A stretch of 64,000 nt of DNA, taken from positions 70,977 through 134,976 of the forward strand of contig JAWADY010000003.1 in NCBI GenBank assembly GCA_038891615.1. The letters are read 5' to 3'. Both the position numbers and the translations under genes were made by a program. Below, in pieces: positions 31,481 to 41,069 of this stretch. This DNA is from Candidatus Woesearchaeota archaeon. GTDB taxonomy: Archaea; Nanobdellota; Nanobdellia; Woesearchaeales; ARS49. Every line of letters begins with the position of its first letter. The stretch's first letter is position 1. The notes below the pieces were generated by a model. It was given only the letters and a program-made list of their open reading frames with translations. It did no database searches and was not told where the DNA came from.

Positions 31481-31639
31481 CTATTTTATTTGTTCCAAAA
31501 TCTTTTCTTTTGTGCGGAACCGTTTTTGACAAGCAAAACAGATAATGTGCTGCTTTCCTTTTTCATCCTTTATGTATGTGCCAATAGGTTTTTTTAGGAA
31601 GGTTTCTTGAACTTGCTCTTTGCATATTTCGCATTTCAT
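31481..31639 (-). CDS. Small zinc-finger protein (52 aa)
   Basis: MKCEIC…ICFACQ (two CxxC); TTTATAAA about 25 nt upstream. Confidence 0.7.
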   Translation of the reverse strand: MKCEICKEQVQETFLKKPIGTYIKDEKGKQHIICFACQKRFRTKEKILEQIK

Positions 31640-31704
31640 CGATGAAAGGCTGGCGTCAAGATTTATAAAGTTTGCCAGGTAGCTTTGTTTAACTTTTAGC
31701 AAAA

Positions 31705-33459
31705 ATGCCGAAGATAGCAATTGTTCACAAGGATAGGTGCAACCCACAAGGCTGTGGAGGATATCTTTGCATAAGGGTTTGTCCTGTCAACAGGATGGGC
31801 AAAGAGCATATAACAATAGACCCTTTTGACAAAAAGATAAGAATAAATCCAGAGCTCACCGGTTTTGGCTGCGCGATTGAGGCAAACAGATGTCCATTTT
31901 CTGCCATAGAACTGATAAATCTTCCAGAAGAGCTTGCACAACAGCCAATACACCAATATGGCTTAAATGGCTTTCACCTCTTCAGGCTGCCAATGCCTGT
32001 TTTTGGAAAAGTACTAGGAATCATTGGTCAAAATGGGATTGGCAAGTCAAGCTGTCTAAGGATTCTTGCAGGCATTCTTCAGCCAAACCTCGGCAAAGAA
32101 AAGGCATCTCTTGCTCAACTCTTGGAACATTTCAAAGGAACAGAAGCGCAGCCTTTTTTTCAGGCGCTTGCTGAGAAGAAGATAACCGCAAGCTTCAAGC
32201 CACAACAGGTTGACCTTATTCCAAAGCAATTCAAAGGAAAGCTTATCGACTTTCTTAAGAAATTTGACCAAAAAGGGCAGATGCATGAAGTTGTAGAAAA
32301 GCTTGGTCTAACACCCTTGCTAGAACGCCAGATGGATGTTCTTTCAGGCGGTGAGCTTCAAAGAGCAGCGATTGCGGCAGCGAGTCTGAAAGCTGCAAAC
32401 CTCTATCTTTTTGATGAGCCAACAAATTTTTTGGACATAAAAGAAAGGCTTGTTGTAGCTAACTTTATCAGTAGTCTTGCAACTCCTAGTGCTGTTGTTG
32501 TCGCTGATCACGACCTTCTCATTCTTGATAGCATGGTTCAACTCGTTCACATACTTTATGGCAAAGCGGCCTGCTACGGTCTCGTCTCACATCCGATGGC
32601 TGTTAGAACCGGCATCAATACCTATCTCTCAGGATACATCAGGGAAGAAAAAATGAAATTCAGACAGTCAGAAATTCGCTTTGAGACAAAACCTCCTGTT
32701 GTAAAGCGTGAAGGAGAAGAAATAACTTCATGGGCAGGCTTATCAAAAAAGCTCGGCGAATTTGTACTAAAAACTGGCCAAGGAAAAATTTTTTGCAAAG
32801 AGGTTATTGGTGTTGTTGGCGAGAATGGAATAGGAAAAACAACATTCGCAAAAATACTTGCAGGGCAACTTGAGCCGGATTCTGGAGAGTTGCACAAAAA
32901 GGTCACAATAGGCTACAAGCCACAGTATCTTGAAACAAATTCAGAAGAACTTGTTGGAAGCATTTTGGAGGAAGCTGTTGTAAAGTACGAGAATGAGCTA
33001 ATAAAACCTCTTGAGCTTAAATGGTTGCTTGGAAAACCACTTAACGAGCTTTCTGGTGGAGAGCTGCAAAGAGTAGCAATAGCACACTGCCTGAGCCATG
33101 AGGCTAAGCTTTATCTACTCGACGAACCTTCTGCGTACCTTGATGTTGAGCAAAGGCTTGCTGTTGCGCGATTGATTAGGGATGTTGCGGAAAAGCGCGA
33201 ATGCGCAATTCTTGTCATAGATCACGACTTAATGTTTATTGATTATGTTTCAAATAGGCTTATGGTTTTTAATGGCAATCCTGGCATTTCTGGTCTTGCA
33301 GAAGGTCCTTTTGATATGGAGAACGGAATGAATGCATTTCTAAGTTCTGTTGGGATAACAATAAGGCGAGATTTAGAAAGTAAAAGGCCAAGAATAAACA
33401 AGCCTGGAAGCAGGCTCGATAGAGAACAAAAAGCTTCTGGAAAATATTATTATTCCTGA
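31705..33459 (+). CDS. rli: ABCE1/RLI ribosome-recycling ATPase
   Basis: N-terminal Fe-S domain; two NBDs (GQNGIGKS, GENGIGKT, LSGGELQR x2); RPRINK tail. Confidence 0.95.
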   Translation: MPKIAIVHKDRCNPQGCGGYLCIRVCPVNRMGKEHITIDPFDKKIRINPELTGFGCAIEANRCPFSAIELINLPEELAQQPIHQYGLNGFHLFRLPMPVFGKVLGIIGQNGIGKSSCLRILAGILQPNLGKEKASLAQLLEHFKGTEAQPFFQALAEKKITASFKPQQVDLIPKQFKGKLIDFLKKFDQKGQMHEVVEKLGLTPLLERQMDVLSGGELQRAAIAAASLKAANLYLFDEPTNFLDIKERLVVANFISSLATPSAVVVADHDLLILDSMVQLVHILYGKAACYGLVSHPMAVRTGINTYLSGYIREEKMKFRQSEIRFETKPPVVKREGEEITSWAGLSKKLGEFVLKTGQGKIFCKEVIGVVGENGIGKTTFAKILAGQLEPDSGELHKKVTIGYKPQYLETNSEELVGSILEEAVVKYENELIKPLELKWLLGKPLNELSGGELQRVAIAHCLSHEAKLYLLDEPSAYLDVEQRLAVARLIRDVAEKRECAILVIDHDLMFIDYVSNRLMVFNGNPGISGLAEGPFDMENGMNAFLSSVGITIRRDLESKRPRINKPGSRLDREQKASGKYYYS

Positions 33460-33462
33460 AAA

Positions 33463-34047
33463 TTAGGCTCTTCCTCTGCTTTCACCTTTCACCACACCAG
33501 CCGCAATGAGATGAGCGACACGTAATGGTTCAGGAATGAAGGAACGAGTACAAGTTCTCTTAATGAGGGCAACAGCCTGTTCTAAGTCGATTCCAACAGC
33601 TTGGATGTAAATCTTGCCAATCTTCTTAGGCTTTGGAAGCTTCTCAATCAGAGCAATTTTGTCTTCCATGCCTATTTTCTTCAGAACAGAATATATTCTC
33701 TTAAAATTTGGATAGTCGCGGACAGCCACTATTACCGGAATTCCTGTAAGCTTATGCAGTCTTGGGATGTCAACTATGTTAAATCCACCAACACTTATCC
33801 CGTGAAGAAATATTGCCCTTAATTGAGCTTTGAACTTCGACTTGTTTATCATCTCTGCAATTTTCTTTGTTGAGTTTCTGCCATCAACCCTTGCCCTTGT
33901 GCTTAACACACCATCCATCGCAAGCCCGCCTCGAAAAACAGTGCCAACTATCAAAACATTTTTGTCTTTGAACTTGTCAAATGGTCCATCATCAATGCCT
34001 ATGGTGCGGACCTCCTCTTTTACCACAATTGGGCTCTTTCTTGGCAC
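33463..34047 (-). CDS. DUF99/UPF0215 endonuclease V-like protein
   Basis: IGIDDGPF, GGFNIVD and IPEPLRVAHLIA motifs; start uncertain. Confidence 0.85.
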   Translation of the reverse strand: MPRKSPIVVKEEVRTIGIDDGPFDKFKDKNVLIVGTVFRGGLAMDGVLSTRARVDGRNSTKKIAEMINKSKFKAQLRAIFLHGISVGGFNIVDIPRLHKLTGIPVIVAVRDYPNFKRIYSVLKKIGMEDKIALIEKLPKPKKIGKIYIQAVGIDLEQAVALIKRTCTRSFIPEPLRVAHLIAAGVVKGESRGRA

Positions 34048-34099
34048 AGCCTTCCCTTGTCGACAAAGATTTATAAATCTGATGGCAAGAACTTTCTCT

Positions 34100-34720
34100 A
34101 TGAAACTCTTGACATGTTCTGACATTCACGGTTCACTCCCTGCGCTGAAGCGCCTTGAGGCCGTTGCAAAAAAAGAAAAGCCTGACTTTCTTTTGGTAGC
34201 AGGCGATATGACAATTTTTGAGCAGGATATTGAACAGGTTATAGAAAAGCTTGAGCAGATGCCTGCTAGGGTTCTTCTTGTGCATGGCAATCATGAGTCG
34301 GAAGAAATTGTAGCAGCGTTAGTCAAGCGTGGCAGCAACATTAGCTTTTTGCACAAAAGAATTTTTGAGTCAGATATAGGTGATTGGCTTTTTACAGGCT
34401 ATGGAGGTGGAGGTTTTGCGCTTTTTGATAAGTCACTAGAACGCTGGGGAGAGAAAGCAGCTCGCGAAGCAGAATCAAATAGGAAAAGGCTAATTTTTCT
34501 TTCGCACCAACCACCTTATGGCACAAGGCTTGACATTGTATATGGTAGACATGTTGGAAGCAAATCCTTAACTAACTTCATAAAGCTTCATCAACCAGCA
34601 CTTGTCGTTTCAGGACACATACATGAATGCTTTGGTGCTAGGCAAAGGCTTGGTAAAAGCCTGCTAGTCAGTCCAGGTCCAGAAGGGTTGCTGGTTGAGT
34701 TTAAACAAAAAGAGGGCTAG
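34100..34720 (+). CDS. Calcineurin-like metallophosphoesterase
   Basis: DIHG, GD, GNHE, HQPP and GHIHE motifs. Confidence 0.9.
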   Translation: MKLLTCSDIHGSLPALKRLEAVAKKEKPDFLLVAGDMTIFEQDIEQVIEKLEQMPARVLLVHGNHESEEIVAALVKRGSNISFLHKRIFESDIGDWLFTGYGGGGFALFDKSLERWGEKAAREAESNRKRLIFLSHQPPYGTRLDIVYGRHVGSKSLTNFIKLHQPALVVSGHIHECFGARQRLGKSLLVSPGPEGLLVEFKQKEG

Positions 34721-36037
34721 ATGTCGATTAAATCAAATCAAAATCAGCGAGCCATTCTTATTAATGGAGTACTCTGGGCAATATATGATAGCTTTACTTC
34801 TGTATTTCTAGCGGCTTTTGCACTTGCGCTTGGTGCTAACAATACCGTCGTCGGAATCCTCGGTAGCCTTCCATTTGTTGCGCTTGTTCTTGCAGAAATC
34901 CCTGGAGCAAAACTTGTTGAGTTTCTACCACGCAAGGTGATATATGTCATCTTTTCATCATTTTCAAGAGCTTCGTGGTTGTTGCTCCTTCTCGTGCCTT
35001 ATCTCTTCAAGAGCAACCCGATTGCCTTTGTGTCAGTTTTTTATTTTGTGGGAAAATTCTTTGAATGGTTGACTGACCCTTCTTGGACCTCTTTGGTTGC
35101 TGATATTGTACCAACAAAAATACGGGGCGAATTTTTTGGGCTAAGGCAAGCTGGCATTGCTTTTGCAGGCATGATCGCACTCGTACTCGGCGGGCTTTAT
35201 CTTGACATCTTCCCAAAAGGCAGATTCATAGGATTTTCATCGCTTTTCGCTGTTGGGCTTGTATTTGGACTTGCATCTGTTGTTGCGTTTTCCAGAGTTC
35301 GTGAACCAACCTATCGCGACCATGACCATCACAAGTTAAAAGACTTTTTCTCGCTTAAAGGAGAGCTAAGGAAATTTATGCTTATCATGGCACTGTTTAA
35401 TTTTGCAGTTTTTCTTGCCTCCCCACTTTTCACAGTCTACATGCTAAGAAATCTTGGCATGAGTTACACCTTCTATGCGGCTGCAGCCGCTCTATCTACG
35501 CTTGTAAAAATATTGAGCTATAAGAGGCTTGGCAGGATTGCAGATAGGTATGGCAACAAACCAGTTGCATTCCTTTCAATGTTTGGAACAGCTCTTGTGC
35601 CTTTGTCATTCATTTTCATAACCCCCACTAACAGGTGGTTGGTGGTTCCAGCACAAATACTTTCTGGCATTGTTTGGGCAGGTATGGATATAACCTCCTT
35701 CACACTTTTGCTTGAATTAACATCTGCAAAAAGACGTGCAGTGGAGGTTGCGGAATTCCAGATTATAACAACCTTGCCAATCATTGCGGCTTCTATCTTA
35801 GGCGGTTGGATTGCTGATAATCTTGTGTTTGTACTTTCAGGCATACCCCTTGTCTTTGCACTTGCGTTTCTTCTTAGGCTCATAAGCGCACTTTGCCTTC
35901 TCAAAGTTTCTGCAGTAGCACAAAAGAAGTCAGGGACGATAGTGGAAGTGCTCAAGGAAATAGCAATAGACCCGATAAAGGGGCTTCAGAACAGGCTATA
36001 TGTTTTTTCAAAAAGAATTGTTAGGCTTACTGTTTGA
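34721..36037 (+). CDS. MFS transporter
   Basis: 12 TMs; GRIADRYGNK MFS motif. Confidence 0.85.
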   Translation: MSIKSNQNQRAILINGVLWAIYDSFTSVFLAAFALALGANNTVVGILGSLPFVALVLAEIPGAKLVEFLPRKVIYVIFSSFSRASWLLLLLVPYLFKSNPIAFVSVFYFVGKFFEWLTDPSWTSLVADIVPTKIRGEFFGLRQAGIAFAGMIALVLGGLYLDIFPKGRFIGFSSLFAVGLVFGLASVVAFSRVREPTYRDHDHHKLKDFFSLKGELRKFMLIMALFNFAVFLASPLFTVYMLRNLGMSYTFYAAAAALSTLVKILSYKRLGRIADRYGNKPVAFLSMFGTALVPLSFIFITPTNRWLVVPAQILSGIVWAGMDITSFTLLLELTSAKRRAVEVAEFQIITTLPIIAASILGGWIADNLVFVLSGIPLVFALAFLLRLISALCLLKVSAVAQKKSGTIVEVLKEIAIDPIKGLQNRLYVFSKRIVRLTV

Positions 36038-36086
36038 TTTTTGCGCGATGCAAAGTTATATAAACTGAAAACGATTGGCCAGAGCA

Positions 36087-36578
36087 ATGGAACCAAAGAG
36101 TGCGCTTTCTAGGCTTGAGGCGAGTCCTCAACTCAGAAACTGGAGACAGGCACACACAGATAGCTTCTTGGTGCATGCATTTGTCATGCTTGATGAAGCA
36201 AACAAGGACATTGTGCAATTCGGTTTTTTTGACCCTAAAAAGGGCTCAATAACAACCTTTATGGTCACGCCAGAAGAGATTTACCTCCTTCCAGAATCAG
36301 AGATTCTTAAAACAGGTTCGTCGATTCTTCCTTTGAAGATGTCTGAAGTGCGGCTTGATGCAAAAAAGGTGATATCCTTAGCAGAAGAATATCTAAAGCG
36401 TCATCACCCGAGAGAGCAACCAATCAAGAGTTTCTACATTTTGCAGCGCCTTGATATTGGTTGTGTTTTCAATATAACTTATGTGACTGCTTCATTTAAG
36501 ATTCTAAATATAAAGATGTCTGCCAGCACTGGAAAAATTCTTAGGCATTCTTTCGAGTCGCTAGTCGATTTAGGCTAG
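36087..36578 (+). CDS. Hypothetical protein (PepSY-like C-terminus)
   Basis: TTATATA promoter upstream; C-terminal 'IKMSASTGKIL'. Confidence 0.6.
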   Translation: MEPKSALSRLEASPQLRNWRQAHTDSFLVHAFVMLDEANKDIVQFGFFDPKKGSITTFMVTPEEIYLLPESEILKTGSSILPLKMSEVRLDAKKVISLAEEYLKRHHPREQPIKSFYILQRLDIGCVFNITYVTASFKILNIKMSASTGKILRHSFESLVDLG

Positions 36579-36734
36579 CTATTTTTGGAGCAATTGATTG
36601 GTAACAACACAACTTTTTTGTAATATATTTTTTACATCAATAGTGTTTAAATATTGGTTCTCATTTTTGCAAACAGGTTTTTGAGCAAAACTCATAACCA
36701 AAAAGAGGGTAAAAAAGAGGTGATTCCTCTCAAT

Positions 36735-36872
36735 ATGAAAACAAAGATGATAAAGTCGCAAAACAGAAACAGACCACAAAGACCTTCTATAAGTTATGAT
36801 GTCATTAGGCACAACTCAACTCTTGACAACTTCCTGGTATTTGAAGAAGAGGAAGAGGAGCTCGCTGGATAG
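36735..36872 (+). CDS. Small protein (45 aa) with basic N-terminus and poly-Glu tail
   Basis: SD-like GAGGTGAT upstream of ATG; below the ORF-track size cut-off when started here. Confidence 0.45.
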   Translation: MKTKMIKSQNRNRPQRPSISYDVIRHNSTLDNFLVFEEEEEELAG

Positions 36873-36941
36873 TTTTCCACTTCTTAAGAGGGGCAAAAGA
36901 TTTAAAGGTGCTTTTTGGGGTGGTATTTCTGAGGTAGTTGG

Positions 36942-37682
36942 ATGCTAAACATCGAAGACTGTTGCACCCTCATTAATGAAGGTCTAGCGCATAACGAAAT
37001 GATTGTCATTGGTTGCAGATGCACTGTGAGATACTCTGGAAGGGCTGAAAGCACGCTAGCTGAGGGAGATAGGGTTGTTATAATAAAAAGAGACAAAACC
37101 TTGCTTATACATCAGCCTACTGGAAGTTTAGCAGTTAATTACATGAAACCAGGAAGCAGTCATAAGGCTTTTCTCGAGAAAGGCGTTCTTTTTATTAAAT
37201 CTAAAAATCTTGCTTCAAAGGAGTGGATTGACATTGTCATTACCAAAGTTTATTTTCTTAACTCTGCCCCTCTAGAAGATTGTCAGTCAATCCTTCTTTC
37301 AGGCACTGAAGAAGATATGGTAGACATGATCCTTGCAAATCCAGAAATCATCGAGGCTGGTTTCAAGCCAGTTGCTAAGGAGGAGCAAACAAAATACGGT
37401 TTCATCGACCTTCTTGGGACAGATAAGAATGGTCAGCTTACTGTTGTTGAGTGTAAGCGCTATTGTGCAGACCCAGCAGCAGTAACCCAGCTTAGGCGTT
37501 ATGTTGAAAAGGTCATGTCAAGCAAAGGGCTAAAAAGGGTTCGTGGAATACTTGCAGCTCCAAAAATAACTGCAAATGCTCTGCAAATGTTGCTTGATTG
37601 GGGTTTTGAGTTCAGAAAGGTGACCCCTCCAAAGTATTTTGAAGAGTTTGATACTGCACAGTCAAGGCTTGAACGCTTTTAA
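36942..37682 (+). CDS. nucS: Endonuclease NucS/EndoMS
   Basis: YSGRAESTL, GFIDLLG…VVECKR and QLRRYV motifs. Confidence 0.93.
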   Translation: MLNIEDCCTLINEGLAHNEMIVIGCRCTVRYSGRAESTLAEGDRVVIIKRDKTLLIHQPTGSLAVNYMKPGSSHKAFLEKGVLFIKSKNLASKEWIDIVITKVYFLNSAPLEDCQSILLSGTEEDMVDMILANPEIIEAGFKPVAKEEQTKYGFIDLLGTDKNGQLTVVECKRYCADPAAVTQLRRYVEKVMSSKGLKRVRGILAAPKITANALQMLLDWGFEFRKVTPPKYFEEFDTAQSRLERF

Positions 37683-37726
37683 GCAACTCTTGAGCTACAA
37701 AGCAATTTCTTTTACTTTTTATTTTC

Positions 37727-37972
37727 TTATATCTCAAAAACATTCCAGTTGCTGAACCTGCTTGCTGGGAATGCGGATTGGCTGCTGATTGCAATCTCTT
37801 TGTCAAAGTCGAGCACAATCCAGCCCGCATCGACATAATGTTGCCTTTGTGCAAGCTGGAAAAGCCTATCTGCTTGTGCTGGTTTGTCCAACAGCAAGAG
37901 AACATTTTTGTAATGTGTGGAAAAGAAAATAACCACGCCGTCCTTTATCAGCAGAACATTCACATTCGACAT
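37727..37972 (-). CDS. Hypothetical protein
   Basis: Plausible 81-aa globular ORF filling an intergenic gap. Confidence 0.5.
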   Translation of the reverse strand: MSNVNVLLIKDGVVIFFSTHYKNVLLLLDKPAQADRLFQLAQRQHYVDAGWIVLDFDKEIAISSQSAFPASRFSNWNVFEI

Positions 37973-38153
37973 TGCACTTGCATTATTTTAAAAGTAAAAA
38001 AGCCCTTTGCATAAAAATCTGTGAATTCTGCAGAACAGATGACTGACTTTCAGCAAATCCGGATTTTTTATGCGAGCTGGTAGCTCCAGCAACAATTTTT
38101 ACATTGCTGCCAAAAATCTGGTGAAGCATGTCTTTTCGCTTTTTTAGTCATCA

Positions 38154-38474
38154 TTACTTGTACTCCCGCCAAACATGTTTGCATCTGGTGCACTTATAAA
38201 ACCTTGTTGCAGGTTCGTCAGCTGCTCTTGTTTGAACTTCCCATGCATATGCTTGCATGTTGCCGCATTTTGGGCATCGCGCTTCAATAGCGCTTCCTAT
38301 CTCTAACTCTTTTTCAACAACCTCGAGCTCGCGTTCTTGCTTCCCAGCCTTTCTGAGAATGACATCTGCAGCTCCTGCTGCCATCTTGTGACCGCAGCTT
38401 CGGCACACAAGATATGTCTCTCCAGCAGCAGTCTGTGGAAACATCAATGAGCCACACTTTGGACAAAATCTCAT
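38154..38474 (-). CDS. tfs: Transcription factor S (TFS/RpoM)
   Basis: Two zinc ribbons and the QTRAADEP acidic hairpin. Confidence 0.93.
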   Translation of the reverse strand: MRFCPKCGSLMFPQTAAGETYLVCRSCGHKMAAGAADVILRKAGKQERELEVVEKELEIGSAIEARCPKCGNMQAYAWEVQTRAADEPATRFYKCTRCKHVWREYK

Positions 38475-38492
38475 TTGAAACCTCTTCAGGAA

Positions 38493-39119
38493 TTACCCTA
38501 CAAATGCTCTTGCGATTGAAATGAAGCCAATCTTTATCCATCCAAGCAGAGGAATTCTCGCAACAGCCTTTCCTAGCACTTTGTTTTCTGGAAGGGCTTT
38601 TTCATATTCTGCATTTCTTGGATTATGGTCGCCTTTTGTAACAAACCTCCTGCTGCCATCAGCAAGTTCTTCTATTTTTACAACCCTGTGAATTATCGGA
38701 TCAGCCCTGCTGTCTATTTTGAAAACAATAACTTCACCAACCTTAATCTTTTTTGGACTGTAAACTATCATAAGGTCTCCTCTATTAAAGCCATTTGAAA
38801 ATGGAAACCTAACAAATTCTTCTTTTTCTATGCCTATCCTTTCATACCACTCGCGCTGTGTGCAAAAAGCACCATTGCATTGTGCTGTTTGAGAGTTCCA
38901 CCACTCATCAAATCTTCCATCGTGCTCCATTGAGCCTGAAACAACAGCTACAATCGGATAAGCTGTTCCAAGGCTCCAACCAAGCACTGGATAAAAGACG
39001 AATTTTATTAGTACAAACGCCAGAACAAAGTCAGCAAGCCAGCTAAGAGGGTGGTTGCTGTGCCATAAGAATCTCCAAACCTTTTTGCATGAGTCCTTTA
39101 AATTCTGTAGCATGACCAT
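38493..39119 (-). CDS. sec11: Signal peptidase I (Sec11-type)
   Basis: VVSGSMEH, PIIHRV and TKGDHN motifs. Confidence 0.9.
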   Translation of the reverse strand: MVMLQNLKDSCKKVWRFLWHSNHPLSWLADFVLAFVLIKFVFYPVLGWSLGTAYPIVAVVSGSMEHDGRFDEWWNSQTAQCNGAFCTQREWYERIGIEKEEFVRFPFSNGFNRGDLMIVYSPKKIKVGEVIVFKIDSRADPIIHRVVKIEELADGSRRFVTKGDHNPRNAEYEKALPENKVLGKAVARIPLLGWIKIGFISIARAFVG

Positions 39120-39211
39120 TTTTTGAAGGCTATTTGAGGTGGTTAAAAAGCTTGCTATTCAGTTAAACCAAAAAGCGGCACATTTATAATCTTGCATAAC
39201 ACATAAAAGTT

Positions 39212-39676
39212 ATGGATATAGAGACAAAAACTGGCCAGAAACCAGCAAGCTATTTTGAGGGGATTCTCCAGCTGAGAAATCCAACACCTGAGCTCATTGA
39301 TTGGGTAAAGAAACGTATCACGAGTGATGCCAAAGCAAAAATCGCGAAGATAGTACCCTTGGCTGATGGTGTTGACTTTTATTTGAGTTCACAGCGCTAT
39401 CTCAGGGCTCTTGGGAGACTCCTCAGACAGCGATTTTTTGGAGAGTTGAAGACGAGCAGAAAGCTGTTTAGCATTAGTCCAACAGGCAAAAGGCTTTATA
39501 GAGTAAATGTTCTTTTTAGGTTTTTTAATGTGAAGAAAGGAGATGTGCTCAAGATTGGCGAAGAAGAGTTTGAAGTCATTGGGCTTGACAATCAGGTCAG
39601 GCTAAAAAACATACGGACTGGTAAGAAGATTCGAAAGACAATTGAATTCATAGCCAGATATCTCAAAGCGATTTAA
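39212..39676 (+). CDS. Short NMD3-related protein
   Basis: YFEGILQLR, GVDFYLSS and LYRVNVLFR motifs. Confidence 0.7.
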   Translation: MDIETKTGQKPASYFEGILQLRNPTPELIDWVKKRITSDAKAKIAKIVPLADGVDFYLSSQRYLRALGRLLRQRFFGELKTSRKLFSISPTGKRLYRVNVLFRFFNVKKGDVLKIGEEEFEVIGLDNQVRLKNIRTGKKIRKTIEFIARYLKAI

Positions 39677-40158
39677 ACAATCCTTGCAAGGACTTTTTTA
39701 ATAGCTACTTTTTTCTTTACAACCTCTTCTGCAACCTTTTCTAAGAGTTCTGGCCTTTTTGCAAGCTTGGAAAACCTGCCAACCCTTTCAAGAAGTCCAC
39801 GTACTCTTTTAAAGGCAAGAACGGCAGATGCAAGGGCATCCACCTCGTGAGCATTCATAGGCCTGCTGTTGCGGTACCCTTTAACCAACCGTCCTTTTGC
39901 TCGTGCTGTGAGATTGCGCTCTGGGCTAATGATGGTTGCAGAATATTTTGCTGCAAAAGCCTCGATAAGCCCAGGAACTTTTTTTCTGTCACAGCCGACA
40001 ATAAGTGCCTTGCCATGCCTTTCTGTTTCACGAACAAGACCATTAACCTCGAGATGTTTTTTTGAACCAAGGCATACAAGCCTACCTGAAATATCAAGCA
40101 GTGCAAACCCAACAGTTGTTCCAGGATCGATGCCTACAATAAGTAGCTTGTCAGCCAT
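39673..40158 (-). CDS. DUF460 RNase H-fold protein (short form)
   Basis: IVGIDPGTTVG and NAHEVDALASA motifs. Confidence 0.8.
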   Translation of the reverse strand: MADKLLIVGIDPGTTVGFALLDISGRLVCLGSKKHLEVNGLVRETERHGKALIVGCDRKKVPGLIEAFAAKYSATIISPERNLTARAKGRLVKGYRNSRPMNAHEVDALASAVLAFKRVRGLLERVGRFSKLAKRPELLEKVAEEVVKKKVAIKKVLARIV

Positions 40159-40167
40159 GCAATCTGC

Positions 40168-40893
40168 TCACTTGTTCTTTAGCACTATTACATTTGCCCG
40201 ACCTTTCTTTATTTTTGTGATTTGGCCTTTATTCTCAAGTTCTGTTATTGCAAGTGAAATCTTTGCTTCTGAAAAAGGTATTGCCTTTCTTATCTCTTTC
40301 TGCGTGGTTCGTCCACCTTCTTTTCTTACAAACTCAAGAATTTGTTCTGGCAAATCTTTTTCTTTTGTCGCTGGAACAGCCTTTACTGCAGCTTCAGCTA
40401 TTGTTTCAGCAGTGCTTTTTTTGCTCTTTCTCAGGCTTTTTCTCAACAAAAGGTAAGCGCCTACAAAAAAAGCAATTGCAATGAGAAGGTAAAGCGGCCA
40501 TCGGCTTGTTTGTTCTTCGAAAGGTGTAAGTGCAATTGTGAAGTTCGAACCTGCCAGCTCTTCTTCTAATTCAAAGCTTGGCATGAGAATGAGGTCAATA
40601 ATATAAACACCATCAAGACTAACCACGATTGTTTCGTTTGCAATCAACCCTTCTTTTGGATGTCTGGCTATAATAGCATACTTTCCTGGCCGAACATCGA
40701 ATGAATAGCTTCCATTTTTTGCAACAATGAGCTGATTCGGAGTTGTATTTATTTCAACAACTGCATCCAAAACTGGTTCTAAAGAGTAATCATAAAGCTT
40801 TCCAGTGATTGTTGCAGAGAAAACAGGCACTGCAAGAGCTGCGAAAAGGATAATCATTACAATCAGTGTTCTGACTGCTTGAAAAGTTCCCAC
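40168..40893 (-). CDS. Membrane-anchored wHTH regulator (COG2512-like) with an extracellular beta domain
   Basis: Signal peptide, carboxypeptidase-regulatory-like domain, TM, then GGRTTQKEIR…SEAKISL…LE…KKGRAN. Confidence 0.75.
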   Translation of the reverse strand: MGTFQAVRTLIVMIILFAALAVPVFSATITGKLYDYSLEPVLDAVVEINTTPNQLIVAKNGSYSFDVRPGKYAIIARHPKEGLIANETIVVSLDGVYIIDLILMPSFELEEELAGSNFTIALTPFEEQTSRWPLYLLIAIAFFVGAYLLLRKSLRKSKKSTAETIAEAAVKAVPATKEKDLPEQILEFVRKEGGRTTQKEIRKAIPFSEAKISLAITELENKGQITKIKKGRANVIVLKNK

Positions 40894-41069
40894 AACTTGG
40901 GTTTATTTTTGTAATTTAAAAAGCTTGCTAAAGTCTTATGCGCAAAAATTCCTGCTCAATAAAGCTTCTAATGGCACATTTTTACCGGCGTTGTAAAGAA
41001 TATTTAAATAGTTCAAATTCAAAACATACTAAGGTTTCAAAATCAAATTGGAAAGCAGGAGGTGCCAAA

